A stretch of 64,000 bases of DNA. It comes from Elusimicrobiota bacterium (GTDB lineage Bacteria; Elusimicrobiota; Elusimicrobia; UBA1565; UBA9628). Position numbers and translations under genes: made by a program. Below the pieces are notes generated by a model. It ran no database searches. It saw nothing but the letters and a program-made list of their open reading frames with translations, and was not told where the DNA came from. The stretch lies in NCBI GenBank assembly GCA_016194705.1, contig JACQAZ010000038.1, forward strand, positions 202,599-266,598, read 5' to 3'. This document shows positions 36,827 through 45,590 of the stretch, in pieces (position 1 is the first letter of the stretch; each line of letters opens with the position of its first letter).

Positions 36827-37363
36827 ATGGATGCAAGGATCAAGAAGTTTTCAGGGGAGGGAACTGTTCTCTCGTGTGACATCTTGAGCAGTCGGATCGA
36901 TCCGGGCATCCCGCCTATGGAATGGCTCGGAAGACTGGAAGCTTCTACTGAGATCGATGTCCGGATCATCGAGGGAAATTCAGGCGTGGTGGTTCGGAGG
37001 CTACCCGCCGATATGCTTGGGTTTTGGGGGCCGTCGGGAGCGCATGCTCAGATGGCTTTCGATACTGCATGCGAGATTCTGAAGGCACAATCTCCCCGGA
37101 CCATCCCGTTGTGGATTGCTCTTGGGACTGGGGAACTCGGCGGAGATTTCTTTGGCCCCCAAAAGCAGTTTCAAATTGTCGGCAAAGCGATGGCTATTGT
37201 CGATAGGCTTTTTAAAAATCGAGGCGATGTTGGGGCGGTCATCCGTATGTCTCAGGACACGGCGAGTTTAATCAAGGCGCCAGCACAACTGCGCGAAACA
37301 GGGATAATCGAGAGGCGCGATTTGGAACCTTTGAAGGTCTATGAATACTGTCCTGCCAACTAA
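36827..37363 (+). CDS. minimal stand-alone class III nucleotidyl-cyclase-like protein
   Basis: 178 aa. GTVLSCDILSS resembles the vTvlFaDIvgFT metal-Asp strand. WIALGTGELGGDFFGPQKQFQIVGKAMAIVDRL resembles riGihtG...GdtVNlAsRl. Confidence 0.4.
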   Translation: MDARIKKFSGEGTVLSCDILSSRIDPGIPPMEWLGRLEASTEIDVRIIEGNSGVVVRRLPADMLGFWGPSGAHAQMAFDTACEILKAQSPRTIPLWIALGTGELGGDFFGPQKQFQIVGKAMAIVDRLFKNRGDVGAVIRMSQDTASLIKAPAQLRETGIIERRDLEPLKVYEYCPAN

Positions 37364-37430
37364 CCGATTCAGCCGGCCGCGGCTTTTAAGGAGCTCTAGT
37401 ACCGCGACGGCTGACCGGCGGCGTTATGGC

Positions 37431-37817
37431 TTAGTGCAGCCCGCCTCCTAGCTTCTCGGACAGCTCGATCTCGTAGCCGCTGGGATCCTCGATGTAGATC
37501 GAGCGCGACCGGCCGTAGTCCCAGCTATGGTCGACGCGCACGCCGAGGGTCTCCAGGCGCTCCTTGAGGCCCTCGAAGTCCTTGACGTGGAAGCCGAAGT
37601 GATTGACCTGAAGGTCCTGTTCCGCCATCTTGGCGTCGCCGACCTCGTAGAGCGCCAGATAAATGCGGTCCGGGACGCCGATGATGGCCCAGTTGCCGCC
37701 GTCGCGAAAGCCCTCTTCCCTGAGCTCGAAGCCGAACACCTCGCCGTAGAACTTCTTGCTCTGCTCGAGGTTCTTAACGTTCATGTTGATGTGGTCCACT
37801 CCGGTCACGGTGATCAT
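37431..37817 (-). CDS. VOC-family (glyoxalase/bleomycin-resistance/dioxygenase) protein
   Basis: 128 aa: HINMNVKNLEQSKKFYGEVFGFEL...HFGFHV...YIEDPSGYEIEL. Confidence 0.75.
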   Translation of the reverse strand: MITVTGVDHINMNVKNLEQSKKFYGEVFGFELREEGFRDGGNWAIIGVPDRIYLALYEVGDAKMAEQDLQVNHFGFHVKDFEGLKERLETLGVRVDHSWDYGRSRSIYIEDPSGYEIELSEKLGGGLH

Positions 37818-37905
37818 AACGCCTCCTTGAGTCTTGGGATCGACGACAAGAGTAGGATATCGCGCAAGCGTCTTTATAACAACATAATTGCTAATATATT
37901 GTCAT

Positions 37906-38472
37906 ATGGCCAAGGAATCGGACCTTGCGCGCCGTTTGGCCGCCAATATCGGGGAACTGAGGAAGCAGCGGCGGCTGACCCAGGCGATGCTGGCCAAGTC
38001 GGCGGGCGTGCCGCGCTCGACGATCGCCAATATCGAGTCCGGCGGAGGCAATCCGGCGTTGAGCAACCTGGCGGCGCTCGCCGCCGCATTACGCGTCTCG
38101 ATCGAGGAGCTGCTGAGTCCCCCGCGCGCCGACTGCGATCTGCTGCGCGCCAAGGACATTCCGAGCGTCGAGCGCGGCAACGGTTCGGTGCGGCTCTACA
38201 AGCTGCTCCCCGACGCCGTGCCGGGCCTGCAGATGGACCGCATGGAGATACTGCCGAAGGGCTTCATGCGCGGCATACCGCATGTGCGCGGCGCCAAGGA
38301 GTACCTGGCGTGCTTGGAAGGAAGCGTTAGATTGACTGTCGCCGGCCACAGCTACGAGCTTTCGCCGGGTGACATACTGGCTTTTCCGGGAGACCAGCCG
38401 CACGCCTACCACAATCCTGGTCGTTTGAGGAGCGTCTCGATCAGCGTGGTCGCGACGGGGACGGCGGCTTAG
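37906..38472 (+). CDS. XRE-family HTH plus cupin-domain transcriptional regulator
   Basis: N-terminal HTH (LTQAMLAKSAGVPRSTIANIESG) and a C-terminal cupin (GSVRLTVAGHSYELSPGDILAFPGDQPHAYHN). Confidence 0.7.
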   Translation: MAKESDLARRLAANIGELRKQRRLTQAMLAKSAGVPRSTIANIESGGGNPALSNLAALAAALRVSIEELLSPPRADCDLLRAKDIPSVERGNGSVRLYKLLPDAVPGLQMDRMEILPKGFMRGIPHVRGAKEYLACLEGSVRLTVAGHSYELSPGDILAFPGDQPHAYHNPGRLRSVSISVVATGTAA

Positions 38473-39719
38473 CGGCGCGCGCGGGTCTTGCCGCGCGGGA
38501 TCACGACGATCCCCGACGGATCGACCGTGAAGCGCTTGGCGTCGCGCTCGGGGTGGCCGCCGATGACGTCCTTGGCGGCGATCTCGTTGAAGCGGTCGAC
38601 GATGACCCGCTTGAGCCTGGCGTCGGCCCGGACCTTGGTGAAGTCCATGATGATCGAGTCCTCGATCACCGCGTTGTCGTGCACGTGGACCCCGCGGCCC
38701 AGGATCGAGTTCTTGATCGTCGCCCCGCGGATGAAGCAGCCGTCGCCCACGATCGTGTTGGTCACGTTGCCGTCGAGGATCTTGGCCGGCGGGCCGTCGT
38801 AGCGGCCCGAGTGGATGAACCAGCGCCGGTTGTTGAGGTTGAGCTTGGGCCGCGCGCCGAGTATGTCCATGTTGGCGTCGTAGAAGGCGCCGATCGTGCC
38901 CACGTCGCGCCAGTAGGCCTCCTCCTCGTAGGTCTTGATGCCGGGCAGCACGTTGGTCGAGAAGTCGTAGGCGAAGACCTTGAATTTCTTGTGGATGTCG
39001 GGCAGGATCGACTTGCCGAAATCGAAGTTGGGGTCCTGGTACGACTCGTCGCTCATGATGGCCTCGAGCACGTCGCGGTTGAAGAGGTAGTTGCCCATCG
39101 AGGCGAGCGCGCGCCCGGGGTCGCCGGGCATGGCCTTGGGCTTCTCGGGCTTCTCGACGAAGCCCGTGATGCGTCCCTTGGCGTCGGTCTCGACGAGGCC
39201 GAAGCTCCACGCGGCTTTCAGGGAGACCGGGATGGTGGCCACCGTGATGTCGGAGCCTGTTTCATAGTGGTACTGCAGCATCTGGCCGATGTCCATGCGG
39301 TAGACGTGGTCGGCGCCGAACACGGCCAATATGTCGGCGTCGTAGTCGCGGATCAAGTTGAGGTTCTGGCGCACGGCGTCGGCGGTGCCGCGGTACCAGT
39401 TCTGGCCCAGGCGCATCTGCGGGGGGACCACCGTGATGAACTGGTCCCGAGTCAGGCCGACCGTCCTCCAGCTTCCTCGGAGATACTCGATGAGGCTCTG
39501 CGACATGTACTGCACGAGGATGTAGATCGACTGCACTCCCGAGTTGACGAAGTTCGAGAGCACGAAGTCGATGATGCGGTACTTGCCGCCGAAGGGCACC
39601 GCGGGCTTCGATCTCTCGTGAGTCAAGGGATACAAGCGTTCGCCCTTGCCCCCGGCCAATATGATGGCCAGGACGCGCTTGGTCGGGGTGAAGCTACTGC
39701 GCGTAGGGGTCGTCGCCAT
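38469..39719 (-). CDS. glgC: glucose-1-phosphate adenylyltransferase
   Basis: LAIILAGGKGERLYPLT...PAVPFGGKYRIIDFVLSNFVNSG signature, plus a C-terminal left-handed beta-helix. Confidence 0.9.
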   Translation of the reverse strand: MATTPTRSSFTPTKRVLAIILAGGKGERLYPLTHERSKPAVPFGGKYRIIDFVLSNFVNSGVQSIYILVQYMSQSLIEYLRGSWRTVGLTRDQFITVVPPQMRLGQNWYRGTADAVRQNLNLIRDYDADILAVFGADHVYRMDIGQMLQYHYETGSDITVATIPVSLKAAWSFGLVETDAKGRITGFVEKPEKPKAMPGDPGRALASMGNYLFNRDVLEAIMSDESYQDPNFDFGKSILPDIHKKFKVFAYDFSTNVLPGIKTYEEEAYWRDVGTIGAFYDANMDILGARPKLNLNNRRWFIHSGRYDGPPAKILDGNVTNTIVGDGCFIRGATIKNSILGRGVHVHDNAVIEDSIIMDFTKVRADARLKRVIVDRFNEIAAKDVIGGHPERDAKRFTVDPSGIVVIPRGKTRARR

Positions 39720-40677
39720 AGTTCGCGTCCGGGTCGGGCAAGTTCTTGATCTTCGGCCCCGGCAGGGGCTCGGGCTTGAGATAATCCTGCTGCACCTGTC
39801 TCTCGAGCTGGGCCGGCGCGCCCTCGCCCGGCTTCATCTTGTGGCGCATGGCTTCCTTGAGGCGCGCGTCGTCGAGCACGAGGATGTCCTGCTTCTCCTT
39901 GGCACCCGCCGTGATCTCGGTGAGCTCGTGCGTGGTCAGGCCCGTCGAGACTCTCACGGGGAGATAGGCGGCGCCGCCGTACTCGATGAGCGCGTCTGTC
40001 GGCACGATGAGGACCCCCTTCTTGACCATCGGCACGATGAGGCCTTCCCATTGCGTGCCCGGGTCGAAATACCGCGAGGGGGAGAGGACCAGGGTGAAGG
40101 TCCCTCCGGGGTCGACCTTGTTGCCTTGGATGTCGAGGACGTAGCGCGCGATCCGTCCCGTGAACTTCCGAGAGGGGTTGTCGACGGACCAGAACTCCAG
40201 GTCCTGGCCGTCCTTGATCCAGCGCGCGTCTTCGGGCCTCACGCGGCCGATCAGCAGCAGCTTTTGGGCCGCCTCGACGATCAAGGTCTTGGGCTTGAGC
40301 CACTCCCGGTTCTTGATGAAGACGCGCAGGACGTAGCAGTCGGCCGGGCATTGGATCGGCGTGGGCTCGTAGACCTTCTTCCAGCGGTCCTCGAGCACCC
40401 CCTGCTCGGTGGTGTTGTGGGAGTCGAGGATCGCGGCCATTTCCTTGTTGGCCAGATGCCCCATGGATTTGCCGCCCGTAAACCACGAGCCGGTCGAGAC
40501 ATTTAAGTCCTCGACGCGTCCATCGACCGCCGCGCGCAGACGGATGATGTCGTCGGTGACCACCGTGCCGCCGACCCGGATCCTGACTTGGATCTCGCCG
40601 CGGCGCACCTCGAGGGGCTGCTGGGCTCGGGCGCCGGAGGCGGCCAGCCAGAAGGCGAGGCAGAGGGTCCCTCTCAC
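39694..40677 (-). CDS. secreted barrel-sandwich (HlyD/membrane-fusion-like) domain protein
   Basis: GTG start overlaps the thyX stop. Signal peptide VRGTLCLAFWLAASGARA. A biotinyl/lipoyl-like segment EVRRGEIQVRIRVGGTVVTDDIIRLRAAVDGRVEDLNV. The upstream part of ORF 39694..41184 is rejected. Confidence 0.4.
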   Translation of the reverse strand: MRGTLCLAFWLAASGARAQQPLEVRRGEIQVRIRVGGTVVTDDIIRLRAAVDGRVEDLNVSTGSWFTGGKSMGHLANKEMAAILDSHNTTEQGVLEDRWKKVYEPTPIQCPADCYVLRVFIKNREWLKPKTLIVEAAQKLLLIGRVRPEDARWIKDGQDLEFWSVDNPSRKFTGRIARYVLDIQGNKVDPGGTFTLVLSPSRYFDPGTQWEGLIVPMVKKGVLIVPTDALIEYGGAAYLPVRVSTGLTTHELTEITAGAKEKQDILVLDDARLKEAMRHKMKPGEGAPAQLERQVQQDYLKPEPLPGPKIKNLPDPDANYGDDPYAQ

Positions 40678-41402
40678 GGAGCTCCCGCCAGCGCCTGCGC
40701 CTGGGCCGAGAGCTTGGGGTTCTCTCCCTTCCAGACGGATTTTAGAAAGGCGTCGTAGGTCCAGGGCATCTTTTCCTGAAAGCAGGAGGCCAGGGCCTCG
40801 GCGAACTGCTGGATCTCCCATTGCGCGTGGACGTCGGCGCGCAAGGTGACGAAGTTCATGAGGCTGCGCGCGTTGATGGTCCAGTAGAACTGGGTGTAGG
40901 CGTTGACCGGCAGGATCATGCGCGCCATCTCGCGCGCGACTCCGGCGGCGAGCATCTCCCGGTAGAGGGCGAGCGCGTTCTTGATCTGGGTCTCGAACTT
41001 CTTTGTGAGGTCCTCGTGGTCGAGGGCGGGCGCGGGCAGCGAGCCTTGCTTGTTCTTGACGTCCTGGGCCCTCCACTTGGGCGGGACATAAAACTCGTCC
41101 TTGACCTCCGTGTACCTCGCGGAGATCTCGTTGTAGGAGGCCATCCGGTGCCGGATCCATTGCCGCATGACGAAGATCGGGCACGAGACGTGGAACTTGA
41201 AGACGGAATGCTCGAAGGGGGTCATGTGCTGGTGCTTGAGCAGATAGGCGATGAGCTTGCGGTCGGCCTCCTCGCCGCGCGATTTGCCGCCGTAGGAGAC
41301 GCGGGCCGAGTCGACGACCCCCTGGTCTCCGCCCATGAACTCCACCAGGCGCACGAAGCCTTTGTCGAGGACCGGGATCGTTCCCGCAGAGAGGGTGGTC
41401 AT
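40674..41402 (-). CDS. thyX: FAD-dependent thymidylate synthase
   Basis: RHRMASYNEISARY (RHRxxxxxxxSxR ThyX motif). Internal start MTTLSAGTIPVLDKGFVRLV within ORF 40674..41561. Confidence 0.9.
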   Translation of the reverse strand: MTTLSAGTIPVLDKGFVRLVEFMGGDQGVVDSARVSYGGKSRGEEADRKLIAYLLKHQHMTPFEHSVFKFHVSCPIFVMRQWIRHRMASYNEISARYTEVKDEFYVPPKWRAQDVKNKQGSLPAPALDHEDLTKKFETQIKNALALYREMLAAGVAREMARMILPVNAYTQFYWTINARSLMNFVTLRADVHAQWEIQQFAEALASCFQEKMPWTYDAFLKSVWKGENPKLSAQAQALAGAP

Positions 41403-42406
41403 CAGTAGCCTCCTTTGTTCTTGAGGGGCGAATCCGAACCCAGCTGCGAGCCGCCCTTGAGCTGTGACGGGGCCCTGGTGAGCGCGGGCCCCTTGGCCCC
41501 GTCTTTGAAGACGCTCATCTCGGGGAGCTTGGCGCCTTCCTCGGCGGAATCCTCGACCCACTTGGCGATCCGGGGATCGGGAAGGATGCCCTTGCCGTCA
41601 TAGCGCACCTGGATTCCCTCCAGGATATGAGGCATTCGGTTGTGCACCAGATCGGGGGAAAGTTCCAGCGGGATGACGATCACCGGTCCCGTCCGATGCA
41701 GCGCCGCGACGGCCTTGTGCACCTCGGCTTCGGAAGCGTCGCGCGCCCTGCGGTCGATGCCGTCGCGCAGCGCCGCGCCCTGCGCCCGGCGGAAGCCGCT
41801 CTTTTGGCGCACCTTCTCGGCCAGGGCGTCGACCGTGCTGACCCAGTCCTTGAGGCCTTCCTTGGAGGCGGGGGCCTTGCCCACGAGGACGAGAATCTCC
41901 TTGGAGGGGTCGTGGCTCAGGGCCCTGGCGCGCGCCGCGAGGATGTCGACGACCATCTCGGAATCGTCGAGGCCCTTGGTCAGGACGACGGGCACCTTGG
42001 CCTTGACCCGGGCCTGGGCTCCCGCCGCCCGGTTGTGCGAATGGGGGGCCGCGGCGAACTCCTGGGAGGGCTTCTCGCGGATTCCCAGCAGATAGCGGTC
42101 TTGGTCCATCTCCTCGGAATAGGAGGACAGCAGCAACGGCACGGCTACGATCTTCTTGACGTGCAGGGACTCGAGGCGGTCGACGGCCTTCTGCACCGCC
42201 TTGCCGTCGCCTTGACCCATCGCGAACTCGAAGGGCAGCTTCTTCTTGGCCATCTCCTTCTTGATCGAGTCGGCGGCGTCCTTCCAGTCCTTGTCGCCGC
42301 CCTCGCCCAGCAGCAGCACCCCGAAGAGCTTCTCCGCCATGTCGGCCGCGCGCGCCTGGGACTGCGCGCCGCAGGCCAGCACGGCGAGGAGGAGCAGGCC
42401 GCTCAC
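41402..42406 (-). CDS. hypothetical exported protein (possible CbiX-like two-repeat fold)
   Basis: Signal peptide MSGLLLLAVLACGAQSQARA. 334 aa, Lys-rich. No firm motif. Confidence 0.45.
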   Translation of the reverse strand: MSGLLLLAVLACGAQSQARAADMAEKLFGVLLLGEGGDKDWKDAADSIKKEMAKKKLPFEFAMGQGDGKAVQKAVDRLESLHVKKIVAVPLLLSSYSEEMDQDRYLLGIREKPSQEFAAAPHSHNRAAGAQARVKAKVPVVLTKGLDDSEMVVDILAARARALSHDPSKEILVLVGKAPASKEGLKDWVSTVDALAEKVRQKSGFRRAQGAALRDGIDRRARDASEAEVHKAVAALHRTGPVIVIPLELSPDLVHNRMPHILEGIQVRYDGKGILPDPRIAKWVEDSAEEGAKLPEMSVFKDGAKGPALTRAPSQLKGGSQLGSDSPLKNKGGY

Positions 42407-42801
42407 TTTTTCTTGGTGTGCGAGAGCGCGGCCTCGACGTGCTCGCGCAGCTCCTGAAGGCTGATCGGCTTGGTGACGAAGTCGTCGCCGCCGCTCAAGG
42501 CCGAGCTCAGCTTGTCGTGCTGCGTGTCGCGAGCCGTCAGGAAGAGGATCGGGGTGCGCAGCCCGTGCTTCTCGAGAGCCCGGATTTTCTGGCAGGCGGT
42601 CAGGCCGTCCATGCGGGGCATCATGACGTCCATCAAGATGAGGTCGGGTTTCTCGGTGCGAAAGCGCGCCACGGCCTCCTCGCCGTCGCTGGCGGTGGCG
42701 GTGTCGTAGTGCAGGCGCCCCATCTGTGTTGCGAGGATCTCGCGGATCGAGGCGTCGTCGTCGACTATGAGGATCTTTTTCTGGCGGACTTTAGGGGTCA
42801 T
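42403..42801 (-). CDS. stand-alone CheY-like response regulator receiver
   Basis: KILIVDDDASIREIL...DLILMDVMMPRMDGL...FLTARD...FVTKP: the D-D-K receiver residues are present. Confidence 0.75.
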   Translation of the reverse strand: MTPKVRQKKILIVDDDASIREILATQMGRLHYDTATASDGEEAVARFRTEKPDLILMDVMMPRMDGLTACQKIRALEKHGLRTPILFLTARDTQHDKLSSALSGGDDFVTKPISLQELREHVEAALSHTKKK

Positions 42802-44161
42802 ATACCCAGATCGAGGACTTGCCGGAAGTCCCGACGACCGCGGCGGCGAGTTCCGCTGCCTTGCCGGGAGGGTTGGCCAGGGAGAGCCCCGCGCAGTAGC
42901 CTCCGATGTCGGCCTTCCAGTCGTCCTCGAGGGCCAGGCCGTTCCAGGACTTGCGCAGGATCTCGCCGCGCGAGAAGAGCCCGAAGGGCTCCGAGAGGCT
43001 GCCCAGCATGGAGATGTTGTGGGCGACGTAGATGGCCGCCTTTTTCTTCGCGTCGTAGCCCACCGGCATCGGCGGATGGAATTCGAGCAGGCGTCCGGCG
43101 CTGATCGGGGGCCAGCGCACGCGCAGGGGAGTCTGCCCCACGGGGTCGTTGGTCTTGACGTAGTGTCCGTTGTCGAACTGCGCCCGCAGGTGGTTGGTGC
43201 TCGTGAGATAAAGCACGGCGCGCCCGTCGAGGTCGGCGGTCGTGAAGTCGAAGAGGAAGTCCACGCGCTTGAACCGGATCGACGGCTTGCCCGCCTCGTA
43301 TTTGCCGTCCTTGAAGACCAGGGGATAGATGCCGTTGAAGGGGAAGGTCTGGTCGTCGTTGAGCTGCTGCACGGCCAACACCCTCTTTCCGTCGATTTCT
43401 TGATAGGACCGTATGACCCCAGGCACCTCGCCGATCTTCTGGAGTTCCTTGCCGTCGAATTGAAGGATCATGGTCTCGAACCGCGTGAAGGTCTCGTTGT
43501 AGAGCGCGGCGAACAGCTCGGCCTTGCCGTCGCCGTTGAGGTCGGCGGCTTCGAGGTTGATGATCTTGACGTTCACGCCGGGATGGTTGAAGACCGTCAG
43601 CGGCTTCTTGGCGTCCTCGAAAGGATACGGATAGAGAGAGACCTTGTTGGATTCGGAAAGCGCCACCTGCAGCGCTTTGTCGCCGCGGAAATCCGAGATG
43701 GCCATGCCCGTCGCTTGGAAGTCGACGCTCGGGCTCTTCCAGCGCGGCGCGCGGCCCGACAAGGCTCCCGGCGCCGCGCCCGCGGCGGTCTGCGACGGCG
43801 GGGGAGCGGGAGGCAGGGGCTTGCTCCCGAGGCGCGCGCGCATCCCGGCCTTCACTTCGGCGGGGGAGGAAAGCGCGCCGATCGAGTACATGGGGAGGAC
43901 TTCCTTGATAGAGCCTTCCGCGACCTTGTTCTCGAGCCGCCCGAGGGATTGCCCGGTCACCGGATGCTTGAGCTCTTCGCCTTCCGTATAGACCGTGAAA
44001 GCCTGTCCCGCCGATGCGCCGTTCTGGGCCGCGAGATCGAGATAGACGACGCTGGAATCGACCTTGACGACGTAGCCGGAGTAGGGGACGGGAGTCGGAG
44101 CGGGGGTCTGGGCCGAGAGGGGGTTGGGGAGCCAAAGCAAGAGCGCAAGGGGCATGGTCAT
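42791..44161 (-). CDS. secreted FG-GAP/VCBS-like repeat protein
   Basis: Signal peptide MTMPLALLLWLPNPLSAQ. DLNGDGKAELF and TADLDGRAVLY Ca-binding-like repeats. 456 aa. Confidence 0.5.
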   Translation of the reverse strand: MTMPLALLLWLPNPLSAQTPAPTPVPYSGYVVKVDSSVVYLDLAAQNGASAGQAFTVYTEGEELKHPVTGQSLGRLENKVAEGSIKEVLPMYSIGALSSPAEVKAGMRARLGSKPLPPAPPPSQTAAGAAPGALSGRAPRWKSPSVDFQATGMAISDFRGDKALQVALSESNKVSLYPYPFEDAKKPLTVFNHPGVNVKIINLEAADLNGDGKAELFAALYNETFTRFETMILQFDGKELQKIGEVPGVIRSYQEIDGKRVLAVQQLNDDQTFPFNGIYPLVFKDGKYEAGKPSIRFKRVDFLFDFTTADLDGRAVLYLTSTNHLRAQFDNGHYVKTNDPVGQTPLRVRWPPISAGRLLEFHPPMPVGYDAKKKAAIYVAHNISMLGSLSEPFGLFSRGEILRKSWNGLALEDDWKADIGGYCAGLSLANPPGKAAELAAAVVGTSGKSSIWVYDP

Positions 44162-44221
44162 GGGTTTCCGTCCTTTTTTCGGTCTATCGAGAGGTTACCA
44201 TTTTTATGTTAGAATGCGCCA

Positions 44222-45547
44222 ATGGCGCTTGAAGTGCCCTATTCGTATTCTTATCCCACCCACAAGACGGGCACGGCGCAGGACCTCATGTCGGTGGTCA
44301 CGCGCGCCTACGAGGTGCACCTCGAGCGCACCAAAACGGCGCTCCCGGCCAAGAGCGATTGGCAGCGCTGGCTTCTGGAAGCCCCCTTCGCCGTGCTCGG
44401 ACTGGGGGTCTCCCTGCTGCTCGAGCTCCTGCCCGCCGAGACCGTCCTGCGCTTCCATTCATGGCTCTTCAACGCGCTCTCGAGCCCGCATCGCTACGCT
44501 TTTCGCGAGGGCGACGAAGTCCTCAAGCACGCGCGTGAGCTTCATGATCGCGTCGCCGCCGAGACGGGCCAAGCCCCGGCCCTGCTGGCCTTGATCTCGC
44601 ATCCGCCCGTCTTGGGCGATCTGGCTCACCTTAACTTCGCCTTGGTCCGCCACGCGATGCTCGCCATGCGCGCGGCCCGCGGCGCGCCCTGCAAACCGCG
44701 CCTGCTGGTGGCCACCGATTTCTTCGCCCTCGACACGATCCCGGTCTATCAGGAAGGGCTCTACTCGGGCTTCATGGGGACCTACCATCTCGGCTTCGAC
44801 CGCCTGAGCGTCAGCCGCAATCCCATGAGCCGCTGCCTGCTGCGGCGGACCGCCTGGGATAGGACGCCGCTGCGCCTGCTGCGCCTCTTGGGCGCGGGCA
44901 AGGAGGCGGGCATGGTCCTGGCCGGCGGCGTGCCGTCGACGACGCGCATCCTCTACGCGGTGCGCGAGTGGCTCGGAGAGGTCCGGCGCGCAAGCGCGCT
45001 CAAAGGCCGGCCGGCCGAGGTCCTGAGGCGGCTGCGCCAGAGCGCGGATTTCGCGCGCTTCGAGGATGAAGCGCCGCTGGGCGAGCGGCTCAAGGTCTCG
45101 GCATGGCGCATGGCCGAGGCTTGGGCCATGGCCGCCTTGGCCGGCGTCTTCGTGGGCGCCAACGGGACCGAGTCGGCCGCCGACTCGGGAAAGCTTCCGG
45201 ATTCGGCGCGGGGCAGGCTGCTTGACTGCCTCTCGGCCTTCGGACTCGATGGCGCCGAGGGCGAAAAGGCCTTGGCCGCGCTTTCCGAGGAGCTCCGCCG
45301 CGAGACCCCGTACCGCGCGCGCTTTTTTCGGGTCCTGGCCGGGCGCGTGCTCAAAGCGGGACGTCCCATCGTCTTCGTGCCGGTCGCCCACCGCCTGACC
45401 CCGGAGGTCGGCGTCGAGGTCCACGAGGCTTGGGCTTGGCGCGGCCTCTCGGGAGGCTCGGTCAAGGGGTGGGGGCCACAGGGCCGCGCCTGGGAAGGCA
45501 CGGCCGAGGAGTTCGCCTGCGCCTTCGGCCGCGAGAACTTCAAATGA
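44222..45547 (+). CDS. hypothetical protein with one N-terminal TM helix (weak acyltransferase-like features)
   Basis: 441 aa. The TM helix LLEAPFAVLGLGVSLLLELLP is followed by a large soluble domain with no recognised motif. Confidence 0.45.
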   Translation: MALEVPYSYSYPTHKTGTAQDLMSVVTRAYEVHLERTKTALPAKSDWQRWLLEAPFAVLGLGVSLLLELLPAETVLRFHSWLFNALSSPHRYAFREGDEVLKHARELHDRVAAETGQAPALLALISHPPVLGDLAHLNFALVRHAMLAMRAARGAPCKPRLLVATDFFALDTIPVYQEGLYSGFMGTYHLGFDRLSVSRNPMSRCLLRRTAWDRTPLRLLRLLGAGKEAGMVLAGGVPSTTRILYAVREWLGEVRRASALKGRPAEVLRRLRQSADFARFEDEAPLGERLKVSAWRMAEAWAMAALAGVFVGANGTESAADSGKLPDSARGRLLDCLSAFGLDGAEGEKALAALSEELRRETPYRARFFRVLAGRVLKAGRPIVFVPVAHRLTPEVGVEVHEAWAWRGLSGGSVKGWGPQGRAWEGTAEEFACAFGRENFK

Positions 45548-45590
45548 CCGAAGGGAATGGTTGGACTCCTAAGGATATGGGAAGAGAACC

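Noticed and set aside
37364-37430. Candidate bidirectional terminator between the cyclase-like gene and the convergent VOC gene
   Set aside because: Only imperfect inverted repeats (CAGCCGGCCGCGG / CCGCGACGGCTG) with several mismatches and no T-run. Too weak to call.
38089-39749. ORFs 38089..39210 (-) and 38553..39749 (+) across glgC
   Set aside because: glgC carries the diagnostic PAVPFGGKYRIIDF signature. The competing frames are compositional artefacts.
42767-44212. 481-aa plus-strand ORF and 445-aa minus-strand alternative frame over the FG-GAP gene
   Set aside because: The chosen frame has a signal peptide and recognisable repeats. The others are Arg/Gly-rich.
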